From positions 1-64,000 of the forward strand of contig JAGTRB010000005.1 in the NCBI GenBank assembly GCA_018396865.1: a DNA stretch of 64,000 bases. The letters are read 5' to 3'. Positions 37,910 to 48,780 of this stretch are shown piece by piece. This DNA comes from Candidatus Bathyarchaeota archaeon (GTDB lineage: Archaea; Thermoproteota; Bathyarchaeia; TCS64). The notes under the pieces were generated by a model. It did not search any database. It had not been told where the DNA came from and was given only the letters and a program-made list of their open reading frames with translations. Numbering within the stretch: position 1 is the stretch's first letter; every line of letters starts with the position of its first letter. A program made the translations under genes and the position numbers.

Positions 37910-38296
37910 TTATTCAATTCCCCATTTTTTGGTTACCTTAACTAATATAAAGACCACAAAGGCTACAAGTAGGAAGGTGATCAAGGCTCCTATGAAGTGC
38001 CCTATGCGGAACGGTCCCAGCACAAAGGCCTCCCATTGAATACCCGGCAGAATTAGCGTTATTATGGGCATGATCAGGTCGTTAACTAGTGCCTGTACAA
38101 GTGTGCCCAGATATAAGCCCAGGATGAACGCGACGGCCATTCCCATAACCTTGTACTTTGAGATGAAGTCCAGAAACTCGTTCCAGAGGCCTTTTGGTGG
38201 AGGTGGGGGTGGAGGTGCGGGTTTAGGCTCTAGTAAAGCCTTTATATCCTTTAGAACCTCCAGTATCTCCTCATCTCTAGTTCTTGATCTAGACAT
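37910..38296 (-). CDS. mscL: Large-conductance mechanosensitive channel MscL-like protein with Pro-rich N-terminal extension
   Basis: KVMGMAVAFILGLYLGTLVQALVNDLIMPIITLILPG...ALITFLLVAFVVFILVK follows the MscL TM1-loop-TM2 pattern. It is preceded by PAPPPPPPPKG. Confidence 0.65.
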   Translation of the reverse strand: MSRSRTRDEEILEVLKDIKALLEPKPAPPPPPPPKGLWNEFLDFISKYKVMGMAVAFILGLYLGTLVQALVNDLIMPIITLILPGIQWEAFVLGPFRIGHFIGALITFLLVAFVVFILVKVTKKWGIE

Positions 38297-38551
38297 ACCC
38301 TTTCCATATCTAAGAAGAAGTAAGCTTATTTAATCTTTACGAGCATAAGCAGCCCAACACGGTTATGTGAGAGATTCAAGAAACATGAATCGACTAAATG
38401 ATCCTCATAAATTTTTAATTTTCCAGAAGATAGCGTGGGGTTTTAATCATTTTTGTCAACACTCCGCCCTTTAAACTAAAAATGATACCTTGTATCCCAC
38501 GTCCAACTCAATATTTATATAATGCCTCTTTCCTAAAATGCTGACACAGCT

Positions 38552-39391
38552 ATGATTGACATATTTGGCATTTTAGGAAAGATGCTCGAAAACGTTATCT
38601 ATGCCATTCCGGCCATTATCGCTGCTTTGATAGTGATATTGATAGGATACGCGGTCGGCTCTATAGTTGGCAGGGCTGTAAACAAGATCGTCGAAAAAAT
38701 CGGAATAGAAAAGACATTCGACCAAACTATTGCTGGCAAAGCCTTTAGGGCTTCTGGCATAGACCTCTCCAGTCTAATAGGGGGATTAGTCAAAGCCTTC
38801 ATTTTGATGTTATCCTTAATTATGGCGGTACAGATATTGAACATCCCAGGGATATTTGGCACTTACTTGATGAATCTAGCAGACTATCTTCCAAGACTTC
38901 TTGGAGGTATCTTGATAATATTATTAGGAACAGTGTTCGTCGACTTCCTCTCAACCTTTATTGGTAGGATGATCCGGCCGATGTTTCCAGCTGAGAAAAT
39001 TGAAATAGCAGATATGCTGAAGAACCTGCTTTTCATCGGGTTAATCGCCTTCGTTCTCCTGTTAGCACTCGATACTATGCTTCTTTCGGGTAGCACAGTT
39101 TATCCGCTGATACTCGGCTTTGTAGCGATTGGCGCAGGCATATCCTTGACAGATGGCCTAATAAAATCAATAACGGATGATCATCCTGAGTTCAGGGAGA
39201 TCGCGGGATATGCGAAATTTATGCTTTACAGCATTTTCCTAATGATAGGAGCAAGTGCAATATTCGCAACATACCCAGGCGTAACTGAAATTATAGCTAA
39301 TGCTTCATGGGCCTTTGCAATAGCTCTCGCAGTAATGCTAATACCCATTGCATATACTTTAATGAAAAAGATATCAAAGGAAACAAAATAA
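38552..39391 (+). CDS. Polytopic membrane protein, function unknown
   Basis: 6-7 TM helices. A possible resemblance to the conserved TM-helix repeat proteins of MscS-like families is a weak impression. Confidence 0.5.
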   Translation: MIDIFGILGKMLENVIYAIPAIIAALIVILIGYAVGSIVGRAVNKIVEKIGIEKTFDQTIAGKAFRASGIDLSSLIGGLVKAFILMLSLIMAVQILNIPGIFGTYLMNLADYLPRLLGGILIILLGTVFVDFLSTFIGRMIRPMFPAEKIEIADMLKNLLFIGLIAFVLLLALDTMLLSGSTVYPLILGFVAIGAGISLTDGLIKSITDDHPEFREIAGYAKFMLYSIFLMIGASAIFATYPGVTEIIANASWAFAIALAVMLIPIAYTLMKKISKETK

Positions 39392-39644
39392 GTCATGAAC
39401 AACTACCCTAAACCCATTTTTATAAGAGTATTTTTATATTTAATATTTTTCTCAATAATGGTTATTTATAGTTAAACTATAATGAGTAATGAAAAAAGGA
39501 AATTAAGATAATGGTAAGAAGGAGAAAAGTTTTTAAATACGAAGAACCCGATTAACAATCGGGTTTTCGATTCTGAAGAATAAAAACGAGAAAGGTAGGT
39601 TTTATAAAAAGGAGATGAGACCCTTTCATTAGTTCCTAGATCTT

Positions 39645-40049
39645 TCAGTATTCTACCTTTCTAGGAAGGCTCTTTGCTTGTTCAATCCAATTTTTGACTT
39701 GGTTGAGCGTGGGCGGTCTCCTTACAAGTTTTTTCTCATTGTTCACTTCAATTATCTTAGCATAGAGATTCTCGGGAACCCTTTTAGCTAGTTCAACCAC
39801 CGAATCCACACCGGCCTCCTCGAGGAGGTCTGAATATTCTTCACCCACCCCCTTGATCCTGAAAAGGTCTGCAAGGTTCACCCATTCGAGGATCAATTTT
39901 TCAGAGATACCGGTCTTCTCTGAGAGCTCCTTCCTCCCCTTTCTAGTTGCACCTGCGTTAAGCAGATCATCTGTGGTCTTTATACCGACTTCGAGAAGCT
40001 TATTAGCGTATACTGGTCCAATCCCCTCAATCTTCTCTATCTTTGCCAT
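39645..40049 (-). CDS. Helix-hairpin-helix protein (DUF4332-like)
   Basis: IEGIGPVYANKLLEVGIKTTDDLL and IKGVGEEYSDLLEEAGVDSVVELA are two HhH units. Confidence 0.6.
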   Translation of the reverse strand: MAKIEKIEGIGPVYANKLLEVGIKTTDDLLNAGATRKGRKELSEKTGISEKLILEWVNLADLFRIKGVGEEYSDLLEEAGVDSVVELAKRVPENLYAKIIEVNNEKKLVRRPPTLNQVKNWIEQAKSLPRKVEY

Positions 40050-40297
40050 GTCAATCCGCGATCAAAATTTAAAAATTCTAATATATATCCTTTTCCATGT
40101 TAACATTAAATCTGAGCAAAAACTCTCCAACTGGATGGGTAATCTTAAAAGTTATGAGGGACCTTCCTAAGGTCTAGCTTTGAATCAATGTTTCCAAGTT
40201 AAAAGTCATTTTAACAAGATCGATCTCAATTTTTCAAATTGGAAATAAAATTGTCATAATTCGCATCTGTTCTAATGATGTTGACGGTCCCAAGATC

Positions 40298-41251
40298 CTA
40301 TTTATCTTGAAATATGGATAGGGGCAGGTGGGCTGAGACTATCCAGTTAGGCTTGTCGACTACCTCGCTTAACTTTAGATCCACTACGACGCTGCATAGG
40401 ATGTAGGCCTCCCAGCGCTCCATCTTCCACCTATCAGCTATGAAGTTCACCATCCTCCGGATCGCATCCCGTGATGCTTCGAAGAGGTCCGGACCTATAC
40501 CGAGGGTTGAATGGTATCCAGCCTCATCGGATATGCATCGAGGGCGTGGGGGAGTTATATACTGGGGAGCATCTAGGTTCATCCTCTTCCTGAGTTTGAA
40601 TCTTAGGCTGAGGTGCATTGGGGCCTCTATGCCTGTGACGCATACTTCTCCATCTCCCTGAGCCGCGTGGGGATCCCCTACGGAAAACAACGCGCCATCC
40701 ACCCACACCGGGAGGAGGAGCCTGGACCCCCTCATCAGGTGTTTGATATCCATGTTTCCTCCATGCATCCCTGGAGGCATTACGGCCCTCTTTCCAGACT
40801 CCTTGGGAGCCACACCCATGGTCCCGCAGAATGGCTCAAGGGGGATCTTTATGTCCTCCCTGAAGTAGGTATGGTCTCCATAGGAGAGGTCCCAGATCTT
40901 TAGCTTAGGCTCCCTGAACTCATCCTCCAAGAGGCCGAATCCTGGGATTATTGCGGACCAGCCCCAGGGTCCGGGGTGGATATCCAGAACCTCCACCTCA
41001 AGGGCGTCTCCGGCCTCTGCTCCCTCCACATATACCGGCCCCGCGAGGGGGTAAACCCTCCCCCAATCTATCTCCCTTAACACCTCGGGGTTGGAGGCGG
41101 GATTTATCTGGCCGTCTGAGACCTCCCTCAACTCATAGTATACGGTATCTCCTGGAGATACTCTTATCACAGGTTCAAGTTCTCTATCCCAGTAATAATG
41201 AACCCTATCTTCGGGGAATATATGCAGGGTCATCACTATCAAAGAGTCCAT
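40298..41251 (-). CDS. Acetamidase/formamidase (FmdA/AmdA) family amidohydrolase
   Basis: Family-wide similarity, including GGNMDIK and GDPHAAQGDGEV. Confidence 0.85.
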   Translation of the reverse strand: MDSLIVMTLHIFPEDRVHYYWDRELEPVIRVSPGDTVYYELREVSDGQINPASNPEVLREIDWGRVYPLAGPVYVEGAEAGDALEVEVLDIHPGPWGWSAIIPGFGLLEDEFREPKLKIWDLSYGDHTYFREDIKIPLEPFCGTMGVAPKESGKRAVMPPGMHGGNMDIKHLMRGSRLLLPVWVDGALFSVGDPHAAQGDGEVCVTGIEAPMHLSLRFKLRKRMNLDAPQYITPPRPRCISDEAGYHSTLGIGPDLFEASRDAIRRMVNFIADRWKMERWEAYILCSVVVDLKLSEVVDKPNWIVSAHLPLSIFQDK

Positions 41252-41347
41252 TGGAGCTTAAAGATGTTGGCCTTCTGAGGATTTATAGAAAGGAGATGGT
41301 TTTGAAAATTTGCTGCTATAGCTAAGTGCTGGATTAGACTGAATCTC

Positions 41348-42385
41348 CTACCTCTCAGCGATGATAACCTTAACCTTGATATCTCCATGGAGAACTGGGC
41401 GTTTATGTGTAATGGAGAAACCCGCTTCTTGAAGGGCCCCCTCCATCCTCCTACCTCTAAGGGTTATCACCACCAGCCTTCCTCCCACCCTCATCGCCCT
41501 ATACGCCTCCCTGGCAAAGGCATGATAAAGCTTTCCTATACTAAATCTGGGCTCCATCCTGACTCCATAGGGGGGATTCGTGACCATGAGGTCAACATTC
41601 TTCACAAACCTGGATAGAAATCTACAGTCTCCTTTAATCAAGGTTATCAGACCTTCCACCCCAGCCGCCTCAGAATTTCGACGGGCGCCCTTGATGAATG
41701 ATTCCTCTATGTCTAGGCCGTATATCTTAAGTTTATCTCCCATAAAGAGGGCGGCCTCTATTGGTATGGTCCCACCCCCGCACATCGGGTCGACTAGGGT
41801 CATTCCAGCCTCGGGGCGACCCAACCTGATCATAGCGTATGCTATGGTTGGTTTGAGCGCCGCGGGGTGTTCAAAGACCCTGTATCCCCTTCTGTGGAGG
41901 GACTCCCTTGTCAATGAGACCCCGACAAGACATGTTTCTCTGATAACATCGACTCGGATCTCGACATCATAATTCTCAAGGTCAACCCTATTGCCATACC
42001 TGTCAACAACGGCCTGTCCGGCAACCCTCTGGACATCGATGGATGTGAATTCGTGAACACCAATCCTCTCCGTGGTTATTCTGAATTTGCCCTCCCTAGG
42101 AAGGATTGGGGAAAGGTTGGCATCCCTAATTTCTTCATAGATCTGGCTTAGTGGATCTCCATCTGTATCGAGCTGGAATGATCTCAACTTCATCATCACA
42201 TGATGGATCGATCTCATGGAGTATATTCTAGAGATCTCATCTTCAGGTATATCCGCTAGTACCCTCCCCTCCACCCCATCCGGGGCCCTATCAACATGGA
42301 TATCTCCAAAGGTTTCCCTGAGTTCGAGCTCCACTATATCCTCTATACCCGGTGGGCATGTGAAGATAAGTGGGATAAGCCTCAT
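41348..42385 (-). CDS. THUMP-domain tRNA (guanine-N2) methyltransferase (Trm14/TrmN-like)
   Basis: N-terminal ferredoxin-like and THUMP region, then the class I SAM-MTase motifs VDPMCGGGTIPIEAA and VTNPPYG. Confidence 0.8.
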   Translation of the reverse strand: MRLIPLIFTCPPGIEDIVELELRETFGDIHVDRAPDGVEGRVLADIPEDEISRIYSMRSIHHVMMKLRSFQLDTDGDPLSQIYEEIRDANLSPILPREGKFRITTERIGVHEFTSIDVQRVAGQAVVDRYGNRVDLENYDVEIRVDVIRETCLVGVSLTRESLHRRGYRVFEHPAALKPTIAYAMIRLGRPEAGMTLVDPMCGGGTIPIEAALFMGDKLKIYGLDIEESFIKGARRNSEAAGVEGLITLIKGDCRFLSRFVKNVDLMVTNPPYGVRMEPRFSIGKLYHAFAREAYRAMRVGGRLVVITLRGRRMEGALQEAGFSITHKRPVLHGDIKVKVIIAER

Positions 42386-42458
42386 CTATCCAATGAGGAT
42401 AAAAACTGGGATCTTATCTATTATGTGCTTTTTGGATGCTGAGTTGGGGATTCTTCCT

Positions 42459-42803
42459 CTATCCCCACTTCCCCTTTCCTATATGAGCCTGTATCTCGGC
42501 TCTGCTCCTCCTCTTTATCATCTCTGCCATCTGAAGGGCCTGCCTGAATATATCTGAGCATCTAGGATCAAGGTTGTCCTCCACACCCTCCTCGCCAACC
42601 CTTCCCACCTCGTCGAGGATTACCATGAGCCTTAGGTGGAGCTGGTTGGCCTTCCTTGAACGCTCTATGAGCTGAGCCTTATCCTCGGAGAGCCTCTCAA
42701 ATCTCTCCTTTGGGGCACCGCAGTTTGGACACCTCTCGGGTGGAGTATCTCCATCATGTATATACCCGCACGCCAGGCATCTCCACAATGGCATTGAAAT
42801 CAA
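42459..42803 (-). CDS. Rubredoxin-like zinc-ribbon protein with helical C-terminal domain
   Basis: [12 protein letters not shown]...CPNCGAP at the N-terminus. Adjacent to rubrerythrin. Confidence 0.55.
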   Translation of the reverse strand: MISMPLWRCLACGYIHDGDTPPERCPNCGAPKERFERLSEDKAQLIERSRKANQLHLRLMVILDEVGRVGEEGVEDNLDPRCSDIFRQALQMAEMIKRRSRAEIQAHIGKGKWG

Positions 42804-42821
42804 CCCTCCTTACCTCATTGA

Positions 42822-43325
42822 CTAGAACTCCCTGAACCTCTCCCTTATCGCCCCGCATACTGGGCATCGGGTTGGAGCCTCGCCTTCCACGGTGTATCCA
42901 CATATCTCGCATATGTAGATTGGCCCGATCTTTGGGTCCTCCCCCCTCTCCACGGCCTGCTTGGCCTTCATGTACATCCCAGCGTGGACTCTCTCCGCCT
43001 GGAGAGCCCAGTTCATCGACCTTTGAGCCTCTTTCTCCCCCTGTAGCTCTGCCACAGCATGATATGCTGGGTACATCTCATCAACCTCATACGTCTCCCC
43101 CTCTATTGCAACCTGAAGGTTATCTGAGGAGAGGCGGATCATCCCAAGGGCTGTGTAGTGGTTTCTGGCGTGGACCAGCTCAGCGTATGCTATAGCCTTG
43201 AAGAGCCTTGAAATGTTTTTGTAGCCCTCCATATCAGCCCTTTCTGAGAAGAGTAGATATCTCATATGGGCTTGGCTCTCGCCTGAGAAGGCGCTCTTCA
43301 GGTTTTCTTCGGTCATCCTCCTCAT
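42822..43325 (-). CDS. rbr: Rubrerythrin (diiron four-helix bundle plus C-terminal rubredoxin)
   Basis: ExxH diiron motifs (ESQAHMRY, AELVHARNH, QAERVHAGMY) and C-terminal CEICGY...CPVCG. Confidence 0.9.
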   Translation of the reverse strand: MRRMTEENLKSAFSGESQAHMRYLLFSERADMEGYKNISRLFKAIAYAELVHARNHYTALGMIRLSSDNLQVAIEGETYEVDEMYPAYHAVAELQGEKEAQRSMNWALQAERVHAGMYMKAKQAVERGEDPKIGPIYICEICGYTVEGEAPTRCPVCGAIRERFREF

Positions 43326-43438
43326 CTGGTGACCTCCTTATCCGATAAATTTATTAAATAATATGATTATAAAAATTTTTTGTACGAAAATCGGATAAAA
43401 GATTATGATTTTCATCGAAAATCGGATGGCGTGGTGGT

Positions 43439-43867
43439 ATGGTGGACGAGATCGACCGAAAGATACTGAGCCTTTTGGAGGCTGACTCCAGCACCCCCTT
43501 CACGGTGATAGCCAGGAGGCTGGGCTTAAACGAGTCAACCGTGAGGAAGAGGGTCGCCTTTATGAGGGAGGAGGGGATCATCAAGAGGTTCACGGTCATA
43601 CTTGAGCCTTCTAAGGTGGGATACAACACCGTGGCTATTGTCGGGATCGATGTTGAGCCCTCAAAGCTCCTAGAGGCTGCCCAGAGGCTCGCTGAGATTC
43701 CAGAGACCAGATATGTGGCAACCTCCACAGGGGATCACATGATAATGACCGAGATATGGGCAAGGGATGGGAGGGAGCTCTCTAGGATAATATCAGAGAA
43801 GGTTGGAAAGATTGATGGGATCAGGAGGATCTGCCCCTCGATAGTCCTTGAAAGGTTCAAGAACTAG
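43439..43867 (+). CDS. lrp: Lrp/AsnC-family transcriptional regulator
   Basis: DEIDRKILSLLEADSSTPFTVIARRLGLNESTVRKRV HTH plus the RAM domain. Confidence 0.9.
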   Translation: MVDEIDRKILSLLEADSSTPFTVIARRLGLNESTVRKRVAFMREEGIIKRFTVILEPSKVGYNTVAIVGIDVEPSKLLEAAQRLAEIPETRYVATSTGDHMIMTEIWARDGRELSRIISEKVGKIDGIRRICPSIVLERFKN

Positions 43868-44706
43868 TAGACAGGGCCGATCCGCCTATATGCCTCCCCG
43901 AGCTTCCTCCAATCTTCTGGGCTCAGCCTCCAACCCACTGCTCCCAAATTCTCCTTAAGGTGCTCGATCTTTGAGGCCTTAGGTATGGCAACAATCCAAT
44001 CTTGGAAGATCAGCCAGTTCAAAGCAATCTGCCCAGGGGTCTTCCCATATTTTTCAGCCATCTCGTCAAGCATCGGGCTGCCCGGCATGGCTAATCGACC
44101 TTTAGCCAGAGGGGTGTAGGCTATGAGCATTATCCCCTCCCTTTGACAGTAGGGTAGGAGGTTTTCCCTGGGCCCTTGTTCTAGGAGATTGTACTCAACC
44201 TGGTCTGCCACGAGGCGGTGCTCCTTTAAATAAGATTGGGCCTCCTCGAGCAGGGGCCGGCCAAAGTTGCTGACCCCTATGAACCTAGTGTATCCCTCCT
44301 CCGCACAGAGTTCCATCGCCCTCATCGTCTCTTTTAGGGGGACCTTGGGGTTTGGCCAGTGGACTAGGTAGAGGTCGACATAATCTAAGCCTAGGCGTCT
44401 TAAACTTCCCTTAATGGCCGAGATAACATCATCATACCTAAGATGGGTGCGCCAGACCTTAGTGGTTATGAAAAGCTCATCCCTGTCGTACGGTTTGATC
44501 GCCTCCCCAACAACCTCCTCACAGTGTCCTCCGCCATACATCTCAGCCGTATCTATATGGGTCATTCCAAGCTCGATGCCAGCCCTAAGGGAGGCGATAT
44601 TCTCATCATCTCCAGATGGATCTGGCGTCTCCCATCCTCCGATCCCCCATGTGCCGAGGCCTAACACTGGTATCTTCACGCCTTTAGCGAGCTCTTTGTA
44701 CTCCAT
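43864..44706 (-). CDS. Aldo/keto reductase
   Basis: LGLGTWGIGG N-terminus and family-wide similarity. Confidence 0.85.
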   Translation of the reverse strand: MEYKELAKGVKIPVLGLGTWGIGGWETPDPSGDDENIASLRAGIELGMTHIDTAEMYGGGHCEEVVGEAIKPYDRDELFITTKVWRTHLRYDDVISAIKGSLRRLGLDYVDLYLVHWPNPKVPLKETMRAMELCAEEGYTRFIGVSNFGRPLLEEAQSYLKEHRLVADQVEYNLLEQGPRENLLPYCQREGIMLIAYTPLAKGRLAMPGSPMLDEMAEKYGKTPGQIALNWLIFQDWIVAIPKASKIEHLKENLGAVGWRLSPEDWRKLGEAYRRIGPVY

Positions 44707-44967
44707 GACGCCATATACCTAAATCCTAGAAGGGATAAAAGGTTTTAATACTCAAGCCTCTTTAGGCCGAGACGACTATCTGATCTAAGACCTCGCCGAC
44801 AGGTAGAAGATAAAACTAAGGATAATCGAATTCTATCTTATTCATGATATCAAGAATTAATATGGTAAATCATAAAATTCGATTTAATTCAAACTTTAAA
44901 GATGTTTTTCGATAAACTAACATCTTATAAGTCCCGCCACCAAAATATCCCTAAATAGGGATCATCT

Positions 44968-46110
44968 TTGAAGCTCCTAGAATACGAGGCTAAAGATGTC
45001 TTCAGAGGCTTCGGGATCCCTGTCCCCCGGGGGAAAGTTGCTGAGAGCGCTGAGGGGGCCGTAAGGGCAGCGGAGATGATAGGAGGCCAAGTCGTCGTAA
45101 AGGCTCAGGTACCAGTGGGTGGAAGAGGGAAGGCGGGTGGAATACTCGTAGCCGAGACCCCGGAGAGGGCTGGGGAGGCCGCAGCGAGGCTCCTGGCGAG
45201 CGAGGTTAGGGGGATAAAGGTCAGGAGGGTTTTGGTGGAGGAGAGGCTCAAGATAGAGAAGGAGTTCTATCTCGGCCTCACGGTTGATAGGAGACATAGA
45301 ACCTATGTAATCCTAGCTTCTAGCGAGGGAGGGGTGGATATAGAGGAGGTTGCCAGTAGGACCCCTGAGAAGATCATTAGACAGGCAGTAGACCCCCTTG
45401 AGGGATTCAGGCCCCACCATGCCCGATGGGTAGCAAAGAGGCTTGGATTCTCCGGAGGCTTGATGATGAAGCTCTCAGAGATCGCCACGAAGCTCTACAA
45501 TTTGGGTGTCGAAGCCGATGCAGAGCTCGCAGAGATCAACCCCCTAGCCCTGGTGGGTGAGGGCTTCGTGGCCGCTGATGCAAGGCTGAACATCGACGAC
45601 AACGCACTATTCCGCCATGGAGACCTCCTTCAAAGATATGGGGAAGGGGAACTGGAGGGTTTATCGGAGGTGGAGAGGGAGGCTAGGAGGCTAGGGCTGA
45701 CCTATGTCGAACTCGATGGAAATATAGGGATTATTGGCAACGGGGCTGGCTTGACCATGGCGACCCTGGACACAGTCACCCTCTACGGTGGAAAGCCAGG
45801 GAACTTCCTAGACTTGGGGGGAGGAACCCCTCCTGAGAGGGTTGAGCAAGCTGTATCACTCCTCCTCAATAACAAGAAGATGGGGGTACTGCTCGTCAAT
45901 ATACTTGGAGGTATAACGCGATGCGACGAGATAGCCAGGGGCATCGTTAACGCCCGGCTCAAGGCCGAGGTCGTGAAGCCTATTGTAGTCCGGCTCTCCG
46001 GAACCAATGAGGAGGAGGGCATTCGCATACTGAGGGAGGCAGGTATTGAGGTCATGGGGACTATGGAGGAGGCTGCTGAAAGGTCAGTTACTCTTGCAGG
46101 TGGAAGATGA
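44968..46110 (+). CDS. sucC: Succinyl-CoA synthetase beta subunit (ATP-grasp)
   Basis: [13 protein letters not shown]-terminus and a CoA-ligase C-domain. TTG start. Confidence 0.9.
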   Translation: MKLLEYEAKDVFRGFGIPVPRGKVAESAEGAVRAAEMIGGQVVVKAQVPVGGRGKAGGILVAETPERAGEAAARLLASEVRGIKVRRVLVEERLKIEKEFYLGLTVDRRHRTYVILASSEGGVDIEEVASRTPEKIIRQAVDPLEGFRPHHARWVAKRLGFSGGLMMKLSEIATKLYNLGVEADAELAEINPLALVGEGFVAADARLNIDDNALFRHGDLLQRYGEGELEGLSEVEREARRLGLTYVELDGNIGIIGNGAGLTMATLDTVTLYGGKPGNFLDLGGGTPPERVEQAVSLLLNNKKMGVLLVNILGGITRCDEIARGIVNARLKAEVVKPIVVRLSGTNEEEGIRILREAGIEVMGTMEEAAERSVTLAGGR

Positions 46111-46985
46111 ATATGGCGAGGTTTGTAGATAGGGGGACAAGGGTTCTCGTACAGGGGATCACTGGAACTCAGGGGAGGTTCCATACCAGGTTGATGCTTG
46201 AGTACGGCACGAAGATAGTGGCCGGAGTTACTCCCGGTAGGGGGGGAGGGAGGATTGAGGGGGTACCCGTATTCGACACGGTCTTCGAGGCCCTTGAGGA
46301 GGCCGACCCAGAAGCCTCCATAATATTTGTGCCAGCTCCCCAGGCGAAGGAGGCGGTACTGGAGGCGATAGAGGCGGGTCTAAACCCCATCGTCGTAATC
46401 ACGGAGGGGGTGCCGATTAAGGACTCCATCGAGGTCATAGCGAGGGCTAGGAGGAGGGGAATCACCATAATAGGGCCAAACACCCCAGGAATAATCAGGG
46501 TTGGGGAGTGTAAGCTCGGCATTATGCCCTCAGGGGTCTTCAAGAAAGGGCCGGTGGGGATCGTTTCAAGGAGTGGGACCCTAACATACGAGGTGGCCGC
46601 CCAGATCTCAAGGGCAGGCCTTGGAGAATCAACATGTATCGGGATAGGGGGAGACCCGATCGTAGGCCTCGACTTCGTAGACGTTTTAAGATGGTTCCAG
46701 GAGGACAGCGAGACAGAGGCGGCCGTGCTCATAGGAGAGATAGGTGGAGATGCGGAGGAGAGGGCAGCTGAGTTCATATCTGGAGGAGGCTTCACCAAGC
46801 CGACGGTGGCCTACGTAGCCGGAAGGACGGCGATTCCAGGTAGGAGGATGGGGCATGCAGGGGCCATAGTGGAGGGGGGCATGGGAACGGCGGAGGGTAA
46901 GATCGAGGCCCTAAGGTCAGCAGGGGTACACGTGGGGCTCCTCCCAGGAGATATACCAAAGGCCCTTATGAAGATAATAGGATAG
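46107..46985 (+). CDS. sucD: Succinyl-CoA synthetase alpha subunit
   Basis: VQGITGTQG, and the catalytic His region GHAGAIV. Overlaps the sucC stop. Confidence 0.9.
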   Translation: MNMARFVDRGTRVLVQGITGTQGRFHTRLMLEYGTKIVAGVTPGRGGGRIEGVPVFDTVFEALEEADPEASIIFVPAPQAKEAVLEAIEAGLNPIVVITEGVPIKDSIEVIARARRRGITIIGPNTPGIIRVGECKLGIMPSGVFKKGPVGIVSRSGTLTYEVAAQISRAGLGESTCIGIGGDPIVGLDFVDVLRWFQEDSETEAAVLIGEIGGDAEERAAEFISGGGFTKPTVAYVAGRTAIPGRRMGHAGAIVEGGMGTAEGKIEALRSAGVHVGLLPGDIPKALMKIIG

Positions 46986-46994
46986 GCGTCAGCT

Positions 46995-47555
46995 TTAAGA
47001 GGGCTCTATAAGGCTGAGAAGTTCCTCAAGCACCCTGTATGTGATACCCCAGATGACCTCCCCGTTTACAATATAGGCTGGCGATACCCCTCCCCGAACC
47101 TTAGCCATCCCCCTCGACTTCTTAAGAGTATCAATAGGAACCCACATATGGGAGCATAGCTCATGGCTTAATTCAACCCTCGGCCTACTGTTGGAGAGGA
47201 AGACGAATGGCTGAACGATCATTCCGGCATCCGTCTCGGAGGCTACGGGGTTCAATGACCCTAAAAGCCTATGCTCCCTGAGGTCTATCCTAGTCTCCTC
47301 GAGGGTCTCCCTCAGGGCTGTCTCCAGAAGATCGTTATCCGTGGGACGGCGTCTACCCCCAGGAAAGGCAATGTCACCGGACCAAGGGTCCAATGGGTTG
47401 GAGGCCCGCTTTACAAGTAATACCTCTAATCCCTCTACCGGCCTGCTTAGGAGCACCGCTACCGCAGCCCTGGCCTTGGGATCCTCTATCCTCCTCAGAC
47501 GACCCTCAAAGGCTTCTATGGAGCCCAACCTCCAGATCCATTTATTCGTATCCAA
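46995..47555 (-). CDS. NUDIX hydrolase (CoA pyrophosphatase-like)
   Basis: Nudix box GGRRRPTDNDLLETALRETLEETRI. Confidence 0.85.
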   Translation of the reverse strand: MDTNKWIWRLGSIEAFEGRLRRIEDPKARAAVAVLLSRPVEGLEVLLVKRASNPLDPWSGDIAFPGGRRRPTDNDLLETALRETLEETRIDLREHRLLGSLNPVASETDAGMIVQPFVFLSNSRPRVELSHELCSHMWVPIDTLKKSRGMAKVRGGVSPAYIVNGEVIWGITYRVLEELLSLIEPS

Positions 47556-47740
47556 CTTATCTTAATTTCGCAATTCCATAATAAGGGAAGGTGAGATGCC
47601 AAATCCTCAAACTCTTCGGCGACATAGGGACGAGTTCTTAGGCTACAATGTTAAGAGTGGCTTCATGAACAAAATTTAGCTCGCAAGATTTCACAACTGG
47701 AAAAGGATTATCTAGTTTTTACAGAGCTTTATGAAGCGTT

Positions 47741-47772
47741 ATGAACTTCAATCCAGCCAAATTGAAGTTCAT
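47741..47772. promoter_or_regulatory. Perfect 12-bp inverted repeat ATGAACTTCAAT-N8-ATTGAAGTTCAT upstream of the ZIP transporter gene
   Basis: Seen directly in the sequence, about 100 bp upstream of the 47876 start. Confidence 0.5.
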
Positions 47773-47875
47773 GATTCGTTTTCTCCTGAGATTTCGCGTC
47801 GACTACCCACCGTTTGAGCTGGAAAGTAGCGTTTATAAACGGCGATTCGCTTGGGCGGGCTAGGCCTAAAACGGG

Positions 47876-48622
47876 GTGGTGAACTTGATTATTGAGATCC
47901 TTTTGTCCGTCACCACAGTCAGTCTGGTTTCCCTGATTGGGATCCTCTTCGTTGGCGTCGGGGAATCGATGATGAAGAGGTTAACCACCGCGCTGTTGGG
48001 CTTCGCAACGGGCGCCCTGATAGGCGGGGCTCTCCTGCATATGTTACCTGAGGCCTTAGAGGAATGCGGCCCATCAGCTTTTCAGTATACCGCTCTTGGT
48101 ATCGTGTCTTTCTTCATCATGGAAAAGTTCCTATACTGGCGCCACTGCCATGATGGTGAATGCCCCATCCACTCCTTCGTCTACCTAAACCTCCTTGGGG
48201 ACGGCCTCCACAACCTAATAGATGGCATGATAATAGCGGCCAGCTTCCTCCACTCTTACGAACTCGGCGTTACTGCAACCCTAGCCGTAATCCTCCACGA
48301 GATCCCTCAAGAGCTGGGAGATTTCGGAGTGTTGATATATGGGGGCCTAAGTAAGAGTAGAGCCCTCTTGCTCAACTTCATCTCCGCCATAACCGCTGTG
48401 TTAGGCTCCCTCATCGCCTACTACACGGCATTCCATGTACAAGAAGCAATACTCAACTTGATACCCTTCGCAGCGGGGGGCTTCCTATACATCGCCTCGA
48501 CCGACCTGATGCCTGAACTCCACAAGAGATCCTCACCAAAGGACTCTATCAATCAACTGATAATGGTATTATTTGGATTATCTGTTATAATATTCCTGAA
48601 GAACCTCTTAACAAAAATTTGA
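47876..48622 (+). CDS. zupT: ZIP-family metal (zinc) transporter
   Basis: HEIPQELGDFGVLIYGG signature and His-rich TM4/5. Confidence 0.85.
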   Translation: MVNLIIEILLSVTTVSLVSLIGILFVGVGESMMKRLTTALLGFATGALIGGALLHMLPEALEECGPSAFQYTALGIVSFFIMEKFLYWRHCHDGECPIHSFVYLNLLGDGLHNLIDGMIIAASFLHSYELGVTATLAVILHEIPQELGDFGVLIYGGLSKSRALLLNFISAITAVLGSLIAYYTAFHVQEAILNLIPFAAGGFLYIASTDLMPELHKRSSPKDSINQLIMVLFGLSVIIFLKNLLTKI

Positions 48623-48780
48623 AGTCAGGCCCCATAATAAAATGATAATTCATATATGATGAATATAAAAATAATTTTTGGATTGTTTTTCTGATTGTTT
48701 AAAGTATTTTTGGTATATCCTTTCTCACTCATATAAAACTATTCCATCAATGTTAGATCAAAGAAAAGAGGGTTCATCAA

